From an uncultured Verrucomicrobiae bacterium (lineage in GTDB: Bacteria > Verrucomicrobiota > Verrucomicrobiia > Limisphaerales > JAFGQR01): DNA of 64,000 nt. Positions 10,554 through 25,600 of this stretch are shown here, piece by piece. A program made the translations under genes and the position numbers. The stretch lies in contig CAWBHS010000003.1 of assembly GCA_963788655.1 (NCBI GenBank), positions 1 to 64,000 on the forward strand, written 5' to 3'. Every line of letters starts with the position of its first letter. Position 1 is the first letter of the stretch. The notes beneath the pieces were generated by a model that worked only from the letters and a program-made list of their open reading frames with translations, was not told the origin of the DNA and made no database searches.

Positions 10554-10649
10554 AATTTTCTATTTCCAATTCAGAAGCGCCGCGGGCGGTGCCGCCCGAT
10601 TGCGGTTACCCGTCGCGGATACCCGAACCTTGTGATTATCAGGTAAGTC

Positions 10650-13600
10650 ATGCATTTGAGTACTAGAACGTGGTACAGCATCAGTGTGCTGTGCCTGCTT
10701 GGAGCCATCTATTTTTGGTGGCTGGGTAATCAGCATCCACCCCAACCGAAACCCGCGCCCGGCCCGGCAGCCGTTTCGACGAATCCACCGGCCCCCACCA
10801 ATCATTCTCCCGGCGGCACTGGCAATTTGCTCCCATCGACCACTCCCACCCGTCCGCCGCCGCTCCTCTCTGTCCTGGCGGCTTCAAACGCGCCCACGGT
10901 CCAGGCCAGTGCGCCGCTGACGCCGCGTCCCGGCAAGTATCCGTACCGCCGGCGCAACACCACCGAGTCGATCCCGGAATTGATCCATCGTGAAACCTCG
11001 CTCCTGTTGCAGAACGCCCTGCTGGACACCGCCCACCCCGTGGCGTTGAACCTCCCGGCCTCGCTCCGGGCGACAGAAGATCCGGGCAGTTACGTGATCC
11101 AATCCCGTGGCCCGATGACCGACGCGTTCCGCATGTATCTCCAGGCCGCCGGCGCGCAGATCATTGCTTACATTCCCAACAACGCCTACCTGGTGCGCGT
11201 CTCCGCCGACGGCGCCAGCAAGATGGCTTCGCTGGGTCTGACCCAGGCAGTGCTACCCTGGGAACCGTATTACAAGCTCGAGGCGCCGTTGCTGACGTTG
11301 GCCGTCGAGCAAAAGCCGTTGCCCGCCGACACGTGGTTGAACGTGTTGTTGTTCCCGACCGAGCAGATGCCCGACCTGGGATTGGAAGTCATCAGCCAGG
11401 ATCGCACGCCCTTTGGACCGTTGTTTGTGGTGCGCGCCCAACCGGACAGCCTCGTAACCCTCGCGCAACGGCCCGAAGTGCAGGACATCGCGCGGTATCG
11501 TCACCGCGTGCCGGCCAATGACCTGACCCGCAAGCGCCTGAACATTTCCAGCAACACCACCGCCACCGTCAACTACCTCGGCCTGACCGGTAACGGCGTG
11601 CTGGTGAACGTCAACGACACCGGTGCGGACACGAATCATCCGGACCTGTACCCGCGCATTTACACGGATCCGGTGACCAGCCCGTTTCTCACGAACGAAC
11701 CGGCGCACGGCACGCACGTTTTGGGCACACTCCTGAGCAGCGGCGCCCATGGCCCTACGGCGAATGGCACGAATGTCTTTGGCTCAACCAACGGCGCCAA
11801 CTTCCGCGGCATGGCCAGTTCCGCCTCGGCCTATTTGCTGCCCATCCAACTCCAAATCGGCACCAACCACGTCAAGGTGCCGGATTGGTATCTCCAGGAA
11901 CGCGCCGCCCTGAGCAACGCCTTCATTTCCCTGAACAGTTGGAACTACGAATACAATCCGCTGTACGATAATGACATTTTCTACGATATTTCGGCCGCCA
12001 GTTACGACATGGCGGTGCGCGACGCGCTGCCCAGCGAGACCGGTTCCCAGCCCTTGTGTTATGTGTTTCCAGCCGGCAACGAAGGCTTCGGGACCACCGA
12101 TGGCCGGGGCGGTTCGCCGGGCAGCATCCTGTCGCCGGGCACGGCCAAAAATGTCATCACCGTCGGTGCCGTCGAGAACCTGCGCGAGATGACTTTCTCC
12201 GGAAGCGATACCAACGATGACCTGGCCTATTACGAGGAGATCACCGACAGCGACAACGAAGTGGCGGACTTTTCGAGCCGGGGCAACGTGGGCTTTTACG
12301 AGGGCGAACGCCTCTATGGCCGGTTCAAACCGGACGTGGTGGCGCCGGGCGTGATGGTGGTTTCCACCCGGCCCCAGAACTGGACCAACCCGGACACCAA
12401 CATCGCCGCGCTGGATGCCCAGCTCGGGACCGCCGCCAGCAGTCCCTACGGCTACGAATCCGGCACCAGCATGGCGGCCGCCTCCGTGTCCGGTTTACTG
12501 GCCCTGATGCAGGAATATTTCGAGCAACGGATGGGGCTGACGAACAGTCCGGCGTTGATGAAGGCGCTGCTCATCAACGGCGCGCGCTCGCTCAGTTCCT
12601 CGTACGATTACCGCGCGGAAAGCTTCCTGAACTACCAGGGTTGGGGCCTGCCTAATCTCACCAACAGCCTCCCCTTGGGAACCAACGCGGCCACATCGGG
12701 TTCGCTGTTCATGATCGATCAAATCACCACCAACGCACTGGCCACCGACCAGGTTCACACGCGCCGGGTGACGTTGAACAACACCAACGCCCGCAATGCG
12801 CCGTTGCGCATCACGCTGGTGTGGACCGATCCGCCGGGCCATCCCAACGCCAGCCTGGTCAAGCTGGTCAACGACCTCGATTTGGTGGTGACAGAAGCCG
12901 GCACCAACAGCAGTGGGGTGACCAGTTCGAACAGTTTTCTCGGCAACCATTTCCCGCTCGGTTCGACCTTCTCCGCACCGGTCGATCTCAATGGCACCAA
13001 TGCCACAGTCAATCTCGACCTCGCCCGGGATCGGCTCAACAACGTGGAACAAATCGTTCTCGAACCACCGCTCGCCAGCGCCTACGACATCGCGGTGGTC
13101 GGCCGCCGGGTGAACGTGAACGCCGTCACCGCCCACACCAACGGCATCGTGCAGGATTACGCGCTGGTGGTTTCGAGCGACGACCGCACCAACGCCAACT
13201 CGCTGACGCTGACCGACGTGAGCTTTGCCAGCACCAACGGCCCGCACGTGGTCGCGTTGACCACGCTCACCAACGGCACACCTTTCTTCAACCAGAAGCA
13301 GCGCGTCGGGGCCAACTCACCGTTGCTCGTCTCGACCAACGGCGCCACCAACCAGTGGAACTTCTACCAGTTCACCACTCCCACCAATGCGTCCAACGCG
13401 CTCTTCGTGCTGTTCTACACGCCCTTTGCGCTGAACCTCTCACGCCCGCGTTATTCCGAGGCGGACATTGACCTGTACGTGACCACGGACAGCAACCTGT
13501 TGACCTTGGATGACACGCTGTTCGCCAGCTCCAACCTCTTGCGATCCGTGCAACGAAAGGCTTACGAATTTGTGGCCATCACCAACGCCCAACCCAACCA

Positions 13601-16600
13601 GACCTTTTATGTGGGGGTTAAGTCGGAAGACCAAATGGCCGCCGAATACGGCATCTTTGCCGGATCCTTCAGCGAGCCGCCGTATGACCAGCGCACCAAT
13701 GGACCGGTCGTGATCCAAGGCTTTCCCGCGGACATCCCAGACGGCACGCCCTCGGTGCCGGTTGGCGCGGTGCCCATCATTGCATTCTGCCCGTATCACA
13801 TCACCGTCCGCAACGTGGTGGTCACCAACACGCTGTTCCACGAGTTTGGCGGTGATCTGTTTGGCCAACTGGAACATGAGAGCCAGGTAGCGGTGTTGAA
13901 CAACCACCGGGCCTTCAGCGGAGAAGTCACGTACATTTACGATGACAGTGGTTCCGGGAAAATTCCAGACAGCCAACCCTCCGACGGCCCGCCCAATTTG
14001 CGAAATTTTGCCGGGACGGACGGCTATGGGCCATGGACATTAACCATGGTGGACAACGCGCTGTTCCACACCGGGCGCGTCGAGCAGCTCAGCATCGAAT
14101 TGGAGCCGGAACCGCCACGGCAGCAAAATGACTTTGGTTACAGCTACACCTACACCGGCACCGTGCTCGGGGGCTTTTGGGACCGCTTCACGGCGGACGT
14201 GCCCTTCGAAGCCACCAACCTCACTGTCTGCGTCTATCCGCAGAACGGGCCGTTGGACGTGTACATCCGCTATGGCCAGGATCCGGACCAGACCAACTAC
14301 GACCATCACGTCCTGATCCAGCCGCCGGGCGATTGCATCACCATCACCAAGTTCGACTCGCCGCCGCTGCGGGATGGGCGGTATTACATCGGCGTTTACA
14401 ATCCCAACAGTATTGACGTGCAATACACCATCGTGGTGTCGGTCGGCTGGGATTTGCGGCCCGGTTTTCCGCTGAGTTACCGGGCCAGCGGGATCACGCA
14501 GCTCCCCGACGATGCGGTCACTAACTCGGTCATCCATGTGCCGGACAACCAATATGTCGCCAGCGTGGACGTGGGGGTGCGCATCGTACATCCGCGGGCA
14601 TCTGATCTCTCGTTGCACTTAATCAGCCCCCAGGGCACGCGTCTGCTGTTAACCGAGAATCGCGGGGGTTACAATCCGGATGGGTACGGGGCGAGCACGC
14701 AGACCACCAACTTTTTCCAGGCGACTGCCAATGGGGGGCCAAATCCGGATACCAACACGATTGGCACAACGTTCAACGAAGGCGTGATCACGATTGATTA
14801 CAAGTTTTACAATGTTCCAGATCGGATGACCGTCTATTACGACGGTAACTTGATTTTTGATACGGGAACCATTTCCGGTTCAGGAACGATTGACATCCCG
14901 TACGGACCGGGCGTCTCGACCGATGTGGTGATCGTCATGAACGAAACGGGCGGACCACCTGGGACGGCTTGGGATTACACCGCCACGATTGTCAGCGGCC
15001 AATACATTTACACCACGTTTACCGAGAACACCAACCTGACCACCACGCCCATCAAATTCGGCATTCCGCCATACACGAACAACCTGGGACTGACCAACCT
15101 GGGCATTCCCGTTCCGGTCAGTGATTTCGATACCGTCGCCGCCACCAACTACCTCATGGGCGACACCTTCGAAGGCTGGCAGGTGGACTCCGGCGAGGTC
15201 GAGGTGATCAACGACCCAACCCTGGCTCACACCGGCAGCAACTTCCTTGCGCTGGCCAACGGGCGAATCGTCCGCACACTTTCGACCATCCCCGGCACGG
15301 ACTACCGGCTAACGTATGCGGTGCGTGATCCGGGGATTGTCGGCTGGTGGCCCGGGGAAACCAATGCCAACGACATTGTCAACGGCAATGATGGGGTCCT
15401 TGTGGGGCCAGTTACCTACGACGTGGGATACATAACCAATACGTTCCAGTATGCATTCCAGTTCAACGGGAGCGATAACGTCGAAATCCCGGATGCGCCC
15501 GATCTGAATCCAACGAATGGAGTGACCCTGGAATGCTGGGTCAAAATGGACCCCAATCCACCACGGACGTTCATGGACATTTTTGGCAAGGATGGGGAAA
15601 TTGCCAACCGTCAATACGACTTGGGGCTCTCGGCACGTCGCAAGTTTCGCGCCCATATCGGGGCTCCCCCCGGCGCGCCGGCGGATTACCTATACCTGGA
15701 CGGCACCACCGCCGCCCAAGCGGACCAGTGGTACCACATCGCCATGACCTATGATTTAAATCGACTGGTGCTTTATGTGGATGGTGTTTTGGAAGTTAGC
15801 GTGCTGACCAACCGGCCGATGGCGATTACGACTGAACCCCTTCGGATCGGTGGCGGCCCCCCGGTGTCGGGGCGCAGTTATTACTTCCCCGGGCTGGTCG
15901 ATGAACCGTCGCTCTACAGTCGGGCGCTCTCACCGACCGAAATCAGCGCCATCTACGACGCCGGTCTGGTTCGGGTGGGCAAGTGCAGCATCCCCTCCTG
16001 CAAACCCAACGGCCTGGTCACCGTGCAAGGCCTGTCGCGAACCGTCATTGGCGGACCCACCTGGCAAACCAATTCGGTCGTCTTCACCGCCAACAGCACG
16101 AACACTTACATGGAGATTGACGGTAATCCGTTGTCACTGTTGTTGGACAGTTTTGCGCTGACGCCGGTACGTGCGCCGGCCTACTACCTGCCAGAGGAAC
16201 CGCTGACCCCGTTGCGCGGCCAGTTGGCGGCCGGAGATTGGACCCTGGAAATCTGGGACAACCGGGTGGGCGCCGTCGCCACCAATGTTCTCCTGAGCTG
16301 GAAGTTGGACATCAGGTATATCAACACCAACCCGCCGGCCATCACGCTGCCCCATGGCGAGTGCTTGACGAACACCGTGGCGGGCGGTGGCACCGTCTAT
16401 TACATTGTCAACGTGCCGCCGGCCGCCAGTTTCGCCACCAACAGATTGCTCTCTCTTTCCGGTGGCGACTTGGATTTATATTTCAACCAAAACGCTCTGC
16501 CCGTTGGCAACATCAGCGGCGACACCAACACCGGCCCGAACGTCCCGGTCGGCGGCGGGGACGTTCTGCTCCTGGACAACATCACAGGGGGGGAAGCGGT

Positions 16601-19600
16601 CATTTCGACCACCGGCCTCTTTACGACGAATTACAGCACCGGGGTGACCAACCAGGACACCGCGCCGGTCCTGCTGCGCAGCCGGACCTACTATCTGGCA
16701 GTCCAGAATCCCGATCCCACCAATGCAACCGACTTCCAAATCTGCCTGCAATTTGACCGCATCGGCTCAGCGCTCCCGGCTTTGGTGGGCCTAACGAACG
16801 GACTGGGTTATACGAACTGCCTGCCCGCCGGCGCCATGGACTACTACGTGTTCAACGCTTCCAGCAACGCCGAGGCGGTGACTTTCGAACTCACGAACCT
16901 TACCGGCAACGCCGACCTGTACGTCCAACACGGCCCGCCGCTGCCGACGAACTGTTGATTTTCTGACCAACAGCGTCAACCTCGGCACGGCTGATGACTC
17001 GATCTCGATCACCAATTCCACCAACGCCACCGTCGCCGGCCTTTGGTATTTGGGTGTCTATAATGCCGATGCCAACGACGTGTGTTACGAAATCGTTGCC
17101 TCCGAACGGGTGGGGCCCGTGCCGATTCCGCTCACCAACGGTGTGGCGTATTCCAATACCGTCGTCTGCGTTTCCAATGCGGTGCCCGACGGCATTGACT
17201 ATTTTACCTATGAAGTCAGCCCCAACGCCGCGCGCGTGACATTCGACGTGTTTGACCTGAGTGATGACGTGGACCTGGTCGTCACCACAAATCTCCCCCT
17301 GCCCACCTTGACCGCTTATGACGACGGCAGCTTCAATTTAAACTTGGAGCCCGAGGAAGTGATGCTCACCACCAATGCCGGCTTCCTCCCGCCCACCGCG
17401 GGGACATATTACATCGGTGTTACGCACTATGGGCTGACCAATTGTCCGCTGACCTATACCGTCATCGCCACGGAATACACGAATGACGTGATCATTACCC
17501 CGCTCCCCAGCGGCGTGCCGCAAGCCGGTGTGCTCGCCGGTCCATCGGTCGTGGCAAGCGGCTTCAGCGCCAACTTGACCATGTCCCTGCTGTCGGCCGC
17601 GCCGCCCAGCCAGACGGTCAGCAACAGTCCGGCCTATTACAGTTTCAACGTGGCCACCAACGCCCTCCAGGCGAACTTCGAAATCCTCGACGCTGACGGC
17701 GACGTCGATTTGTACATCAAACCCGGCCTGCCGCTGCCGGCCACCAATTTGTTTGCCTACGCCAGCACCAATACCGGCTCGGCCGATGAGTTCATCGCCG
17801 TGGCCACCAACTCGACGCCCACTGCATTGCGCCCGGGACCGTGGTACCTGACGGTCATCAATCCGAACACCAACGTGGTGCATTTCAATGTGAAGGTCAC
17901 CCAGTTCATCGAGGGCACCAACGTGACGCGCCTGTCCAATAGCGTGCCCTACACGAACCTCATCGCTTCGACCAACGGCCCCATTCCCGATGGCAGCGAT
18001 TATTACATCTTCACCGTCACGACGAACGCCACCTGGGTTTCCTTCGACCTGCTCGAACCCAGCGACAACGTGGAACTGGCCGTCCATCGGGCCACGTTGT
18101 TGCCCCGGTTGGATTACTACGATTACCTGAGCGCCAATCCCGGCACCAACGAAGAACAAGTGCTGGTCTTCACCAATTCTATTCCGGCGCCGCTCGCTGC
18201 CGGCGACTGGTTCTTGAGCGTGATTCGGTCCGGGTTGACCAATCAAACCAACCTCACCTACACGGTGGTGGCGACGGAGTTCACCAACGAACCGCCGGGG
18301 TTCACCACCCTGACCAACGCGCAACCGTACGAAACCACAGTGGCGGGATTATCCAACCAGTTCTACCGGTTCACCGTTTCCAGTAATGCGGTGCAGGCCA
18401 ACTTCGAATTGTTGAACCCGGCCGGCAACGTGGACCTGTTCATCCGGCCCATCCTGCCGTTCACCAATCCGCACAGTTACGTCTATGCCAGCACCAATGC
18501 CGGGGTGGCGAACGAGTTTATTGCCGTGGCCACCAACTCCGTGCCAGTTCCGCTGGGTTTCGGCGAGTGGTATCTGCTGGTGCAAAACCGCGAAACCAAC
18601 GCCGTGACCTACACCGTGCGCGTGACGGAATTTGTACCGGACACTCCCGGCCTCGTGGTGCTGACCAACGCCGTGCCGTACACCCGTTCGCACACCAACG
18701 ACGCCGGGCCGATCTCGGCGGGCACGGACTACTATTTGTTCAACGTGCCCACCGGTGCGATTTGGGCGGTGTTTGATCTCTTCGACGCCAGCGCTGATGT
18801 CAGTCTGCTGGTGCGCAAAGAACTGCCGTTGCCCACGCCAGCCAATTACGATTATCGCAGTGCCAACCCGTCGCCGGCCGACGAGCAAGTCCTGGTGATT
18901 ACCAATTCGGTGCCCGTGCCGCTGGCGCCCGGCGCCTGGCATTTGGGCGTGAGGCATGGCGATTTGGCTGAATCCAATCTGACGTACACCGTCCGCGCCA
19001 CGGTGTATTCCAACGCGCCACCGGTCGTCATCGGATTGACCAATGCCATCGAATACGCCGCCACGATTCCCGTGGGGAGCACGCACTACTATCAATTCAC
19101 CGTCTCCACCAACGCCGTGCAGGCCAATTTTGAATTGCTCGGGCTCACCGGCGATGCCGACCTGTTTGTCCGGCCCGGTTCGTCGTTGCCCGGCACAAAC
19201 AACTTCACCTACGCCAGCACGAATCTCGGCACCAACGCCGAGTTCATTGCGGTGGCCACCAACTCACTGCCGGTGCCACTGACGCCCGGCGATTGGTTCA
19301 TTGCCGTGGTGAACCAGGACACCAACAGCGTCGATTACCGGCTCCAGGCCACCGGGTTCGTGCCGGACACCCCGCTGCTGGTGAACCTGACCAACGGCGT
19401 GCCGGTTTTCCACACGGTCGCGGCCGGGACCGGCGAGTTCAACCATCGCACCGACTATTACCTGTTCATTGTGCCGTCGAACGCCACCTGGGCACAGTTT
19501 GAATTCCTGATCGCGCAGTTGCCGGTGGACCTCGTGGTCCGGCGGGAACTGCTGTTGCCCACGCTGGCCAACTTCGATTACCAGAGCATCAACCCCGACG

Positions 19601-22600
19601 GGACCAATCAACAGGTGCTGGTGATCACCAACTCGACGCCGGTGCCGCTGGCGCCCGGCGCGTGGTTCATCGGGGTGCCCCATCGCGACGTGGTGACGAA
19701 TGACGCCAGTTACGTGTTGTTCGCCCGGGCCTTCACGACCCCACCACCGCTCATCACGCCATTGACCAACACCGTCGCTTTGGCCACCAACGTGCCGGGC
19801 AACGGCACGCGCTATTTCCAGTTCACCGTTTCGACGAACGCCGTCGAAGCCCATTTCGAACTGCGCGATTTGACGGGCAACGTGGACCTTTATCTCCGGC
19901 CCGGTTCTTCGACGCCGGGGACGAACAACTTCGTCTATGCCAGCACCAACCTGGACACCAACGCCGAATTCATCGCCGTGGCCACCAACTCGGCGCCGGT
20001 GCCGCTGACGCCGGGCGGTTGGTTTATGGCGGTGGTGAACCAGGAAAGCACAAACGTCGATTTCACGATCCAGGCGACCGAATATGTCCCCGAGACGCCA
20101 ACGCTGGTGCAACTAACCAACAACCTGCCGTTCACCCAAGTGATGACACCGGACGCGGCGGAATTCAATCGGCGCACGGATTACTTCCGGTTCAACGTCG
20201 AGTCCAATCACAACTGGGCGCGGTTCGAGGTGTTGGGCGCCGACACGCCGGTCGATCTGGTGCTGCGGTCCCAAGTGCCGTTGCCCACCTTGGCGACCTA
20301 CGATTACCTCAGCGCCAACCTGGGCACGAACAACGAACAGATTGTCGTGATCACCAATTCGTCGCCAGTACCGCTGGCTCCTGGCGCCTGGTATCTCGGC
20401 GTGGTCCGGTTGGAGCCGATCACGAACGACATCACTTACACGGTGCTGGCCTCCGCCGCCGCGGAACCGCCCGTCATCACCGCACTCAGCAACACGGTCG
20501 TGGTGGTCACGAATGTCCCGGCCAACGAAGCGCAATACTATCAATTCACGGTGTCGAGCAACGCCGTCGAAGCGCACTTCGAACTGGCCGAATTATCCGG
20601 CAACGCCGACCTCTTCATCCGGCCCGGCTCGTCCCTGCCCAGTGAAGTCAACTTCGCCTACGCGAGCATGAACCTCGGCACGAACGCCGAGTTCATCGCC
20701 GTGGCCACCAATTCGACGCCGTTCCCATTGACGCCGGGCGATTGGTCCATCGCCGTGGTGAACCTGGAAACGAACCTCGTGAATTACACCATTCAGGTGA
20801 CCGAATACGTGCCCGAAACGCCGACGCTATTGGCGCTGACCAATGGCGTGGATTACACGAACACCGTGCTGTCCGGCACGGGCGAGTTCAACCACCGCAC
20901 GGATTTCTATCTGTTCAACGTCGAGTCGAACCATTCATGGGCGACGTTCGAGGTGCTGGCGCCCGAGGCGCCGGTGGACCTGGTGGTGCGCCGCGAACTG
21001 CCGCTGCCGTCGCTCGCCGACTACGACTATCGCAGCATCAATCCCGGCCTGCTGGATGAGCAGGTGCTGGTGGTCACCAACTCGACCCCGGTGCCGCTCG
21101 AGGCGGGCGCCTGGTATCTGGGCGTCGTCCGCTTGACGCCGGCGACCACCAATCAGACATACACGGTCCGCGCCACCGCCTTCACCAACGAACCGCCCGC
21201 GGTCACCGTCCTCAGCAACGCCGTGGCCATAGCCACTAACGCGCCGGACTTCGGTCCGCAGTATTATCGCTTCAACGTCCCCACCAATGCCGTCGAAGCG
21301 CACTTTGAACTGCTGGGCTTGACCGGCAATGTCGATTTGTTCGTCCGCCCCGGCTCGTCGTTGCCCAGTCCGGCGAACTACGCGTATGCCAGCACCAACG
21401 CCGGTACCAATGCCGAGTTCATCGCCACGGCCACCAATTCGCTGCCGGTGCCGCTGAGCGCCGGAGATTGGTTCCTCACCGTGTGGAACCAGGAATCCAA
21501 TCACGTGGATTATATCGTCCAAGCCACGGCGTTTGTGCCGGATACCCCGACTTTGCCGACGCTGACCAACGCCGAGCCGCGCCCGAATGTTGTCCAGGCT
21601 GGCGACGGTGAATTCAACCAGCGCACGGACTACTACGTCTTCAACGTGGAGTCCAACGCCAACTGGGTGCTGTTCGAAGTGTTGAATCCCGATGCGCCGG
21701 TGGACCTTGTTGTCCGCCGCGAAGTGCCGCTGCCCACGCTGGCGGATTACGATTATCGCAGCATCAATCTCAGCACGAACGAAGAACAGGTGCTGGTGCT
21801 CACCAACTCGACTCCGGTGCCGTTGAGTCCGGGCCCATGGTATGTCGGGGTGGTCCGGTTGACGGCTGCCGTGTCGAACAACGTCTCCTACGTGGTGCAG
21901 GCGACGGCGTTTACCAACGAGACACCGATCATTACCGAACTGACCAACGCCGTCGCCCTGAGCACCAACGCGCCGGCGGAGGGCGTGCAGTTTTACCAGT
22001 TCAACGTGTCCGCCGACGCGGTCCAGGCCAATTTTGAAATCCAGGGCCTGACCGGTGACGTGGACCTGTACGTGCGCCCCGGCTCGTCGCTGCCAGGCAC
22101 CAACAACTTCGTTTACGCCAGCACCAACCTTGGTTTCAGCCCTGAGTTCATTGCAGTGGCCACCAACTCATTGCCCGTGCCGTTGACGCCGGGCGGTTGG
22201 TTTCTCGCGGTGGTCAACCGTGAGGCCGATGCCGTGGATTACACGATCCAGGTTACCGAATTTGTCCCTGACACGCCTACGCTGCTGACTCTGACGAATA
22301 CCGTGCCGTTCACCAACACGGTGACCGCCGGCACCGGCGAGTTCAACCAGCGGACGGATTACTACTTGTTCAACGTCGCGTCCAACGACGTGTGGGCCAC
22401 CTTCGAAGTCTTCGGCGCCGATGCGCCCGTGGACCTGGTCCTTCGCCGGGAAGTGCCGTTGCCCACGCTGGCTGAATACGATTACCTCAGCGCCAACGAA
22501 GGCACCAACGACGAACAAGTGCTGTTGCTCACCAACACGCTTCCCGTGCCGCTGGCGTCCGGACCCTGGTATCTGGGCGTGGTCCGGCTCACTCCGGCCA

Positions 22601-25600
22601 CCAACGACATCACGTACGTCGTGCGAGCGTCGGCGTCCGCTGCCGGGGCGCCGGCAATTACGGTGCTGACTAACGCTGTGCCGCTGACCAACAACGTCAG
22701 CAGTCCGGGCACGAATTACTACCAATTTTCCGTCTCCTCGAACACGGTGCAGGCAAACTTCGAACTGCTGGCGCTGACTGGCAACGTCGATTTGTATCTC
22801 CGCTCCATCTCCTCCTTGCCCGGACCAAAAAACTACACGTACGCCAGTACCAACACCGGCACCAACGGCGAATTCATCGCCGTGGCCACCAACTCATTGC
22901 CAGTGCCGCTGACCGCCGGCGAATGGTTCCTCGCGGTGGTGAACCAGGATACGGGCGCCGTGGATTACGCCATTCAGGCGACGGAATTTGTGCCCGGTAC
23001 GCCGACTTTGGTCGAACTGACCAATGGGGTTCTGTACACAACCAACATTCTCGCAGGCACCGGCGAGTTCAATCATCGGACCGATTACTATCTGTTCAAC
23101 GTGGAGTCCAACGCGACTTGGGTTTCCTTTGACATGCTCTTTGCCTCGCAGCCCGTGGACATGTCGCTCAGCCGGAACGTGCCGCTGCCCACGCTGACCG
23201 ATTCCGATTATCTCAGCGACAATCCGGGTCTGGCCGCCGAGCAGTTACTCGTCATCACCAACTCTCGACCGGTGCCGCTGGCGCCCGGTCCCTGGTACGT
23301 GGGCGTGACGCGGCTCGAATACGCGACGAACGACCTGTTTTATCTCTTGAGCGTCACCGCGTTCACCAGCGCCCCGCCCGCGCTCACCGTGTTGAGCAAT
23401 GCCGTCGCGCTGGCTGCGAACATTTCCGTCGGCGCCACGCAGTACTATCAGTTCGCCGTTTCCCGCGGCGCGGTGCAGGCCAACTTCGAAATCCTCGATC
23501 CGTCGGGTGACGTGGACCTGTTCCTCAAGCGCGGTTTCCCGCTGCCGGGCACCAGTGTGTACGATTACGCTGGAACCAACGCCGGCCCGGCGAGCGAGTT
23601 CATTCGCGTGACGAACAATTTCGACTCGACCACCCTGAAACCGGGCAACTGGTTCCTGGCGGTGGTGAACCGGGAAACCGCGCCGGTGGATTACTGGGTG
23701 CGCGCCACTGAGTTCGTACCGGGAACGCCCACGCTCCGACGACTTGCCGACGGCGAGCCGTATCACTTCCGCCGCGTCAACACCGGATTGCCGACCGGCG
23801 GAGGCGTTGAGTATTACGTCTTTGAAGTCTCCAGCAACGCAACCTGGGTCACGTTTGACGTGCGCAATCCCTCCGCCAACGTGGACTTGGTGCTGCGCCG
23901 CGAACTGCCGCTGCCCACACCGACCGAATACGATCAGCACAGTGTCAATCCGGGCACGAATGACGAGCAGGTGCTGCTGATCACCAATGACGTGCGGTTT
24001 GCGCTGGAGCCCGGCGATTGGTACCTGGGCGTGACTCATGCCGAGCTGACTGGCGGTTTGCTCCAATACACCGTGCAAGCCACGGAATTCACCAACGCGC
24101 CGCCGGTCATCACCACGCTTACTAATGCCGTCCAATTGACTAGTCAGGTAGATGTTGGCGACCCCAAATATTATCTGTTTATCGTTTCCTCCAACGCGGT
24201 GCAGGCGAATTTCGAAGTGCGGAATTACTTTGGAAACGCGGATTTGTTCATCAAACCGGGTCTGCCCTTGCCCGATCAACTGACCTACGCTTATGCCAGC
24301 ACAAATGCGGGAACCAATTCCGAATTCATTGCCGTGGCTACCAACTCGATGCCCATCGCCTTGACGCCAGGCCCCTGGACTTTGGCGGTGGTTGACGCGG
24401 ACCCAGCGTTGCCGGCAATCAGCAGTGTGCGGGTGACCGAATTTGTGCCCGGCGCCACCAACCTGTTCGTACTTACCAACGCAATGCCGTTCACCAAAAC
24501 CGTTGCGCCTGGCCCCGGGGTGTTTGACGACCGGATCGAGTATTTCGCCTTCGACGTGCCAACCAATGCCAGCTACGTGAGCTTCGATCTGTTGCAACCT
24601 ACGGACAACGTGGACCTGATGGTGAGCCATAGTGTGCCGTTGCCGCGGCCGTACGAATTCGATTATCGCAACGCCAATCCCGGCACCAACGACGAACAGG
24701 TGCTGGTGGCCACCAATTCCACACCAGTACCGTTGACCCCAGGTCTGTGGTTCCTCGGCGTTATTCACGACACTGCGCCCACGAACACGGAGACCTACAC
24801 GGTGCTGGCCACGGTGTTTACCAACGAGCCGCCGACCATCGTCACCCTGACCAATGGACGGCCTTTCTCCGGCACGTTCGAGGTGGCAGGCACGAATTAT
24901 TACAAGTTTGTGATGCCGTCCAACGCCATCCAGGCGGACTTCGAAGTGACTGGCATGTCGAGCAACCTGGACCTGTTCATACGTCCATGGCTGCCCTTGC
25001 CCAGCCTGACCAACCACGCGTACGCCAGCACCAACGCCGGCCAGGCCGATGAGGCAATTCATGTCACCACCAACTCGACCCCCGTCCCGCTGGCGCCAGG
25101 TGACTGGTATCTGGCGGTGCTGAACACCAACGCAGCCTCGGTCATCTACTCAGTGAAAGTTTCCGCCTACCCGCCGTTGATACCGCTGACCAACGGAGTG
25201 CCCGTAACGAATACGATTGCCGAGGGAACCAATGCGGTACCGGACGGTTTCGATTATTACGTGTTTCAGGTGAGCAGTAATTCGACCTGGGCCACGTTCG
25301 AGGTGCTGCAACCTTCGGCCAATGTCGATCTGCTGGTGACGCGTGGCCTGCCGTTCCCGGAACGGGATCACTTTGATTACCGAAGCATCAATCCGGGCAC
25401 CAATGACGAACAGGTGTTGGTGATCACCAATTCCGTTCCGGTTCCGCTCGCGCCGGGCAACTGGTATCTCGGCGTCACTCACTTTGGCCTGACGGAAACC
25501 AATCTCAGTTACACCGTGCGCGCCACCGAGTTCACGTCCGCGCCACCGGTGATCGTCACCGTCACTAACGACTTCCCGGTGACGAATATCACCATCGCGG

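Noticed and set aside
23245..25062. Long antisense ORFs (this 605-aa one, 51699-53120, 55351-57066 and others)
   Set aside because: Shadow frames opposite well-supported genes in high-GC DNA, with no recognisable motifs.
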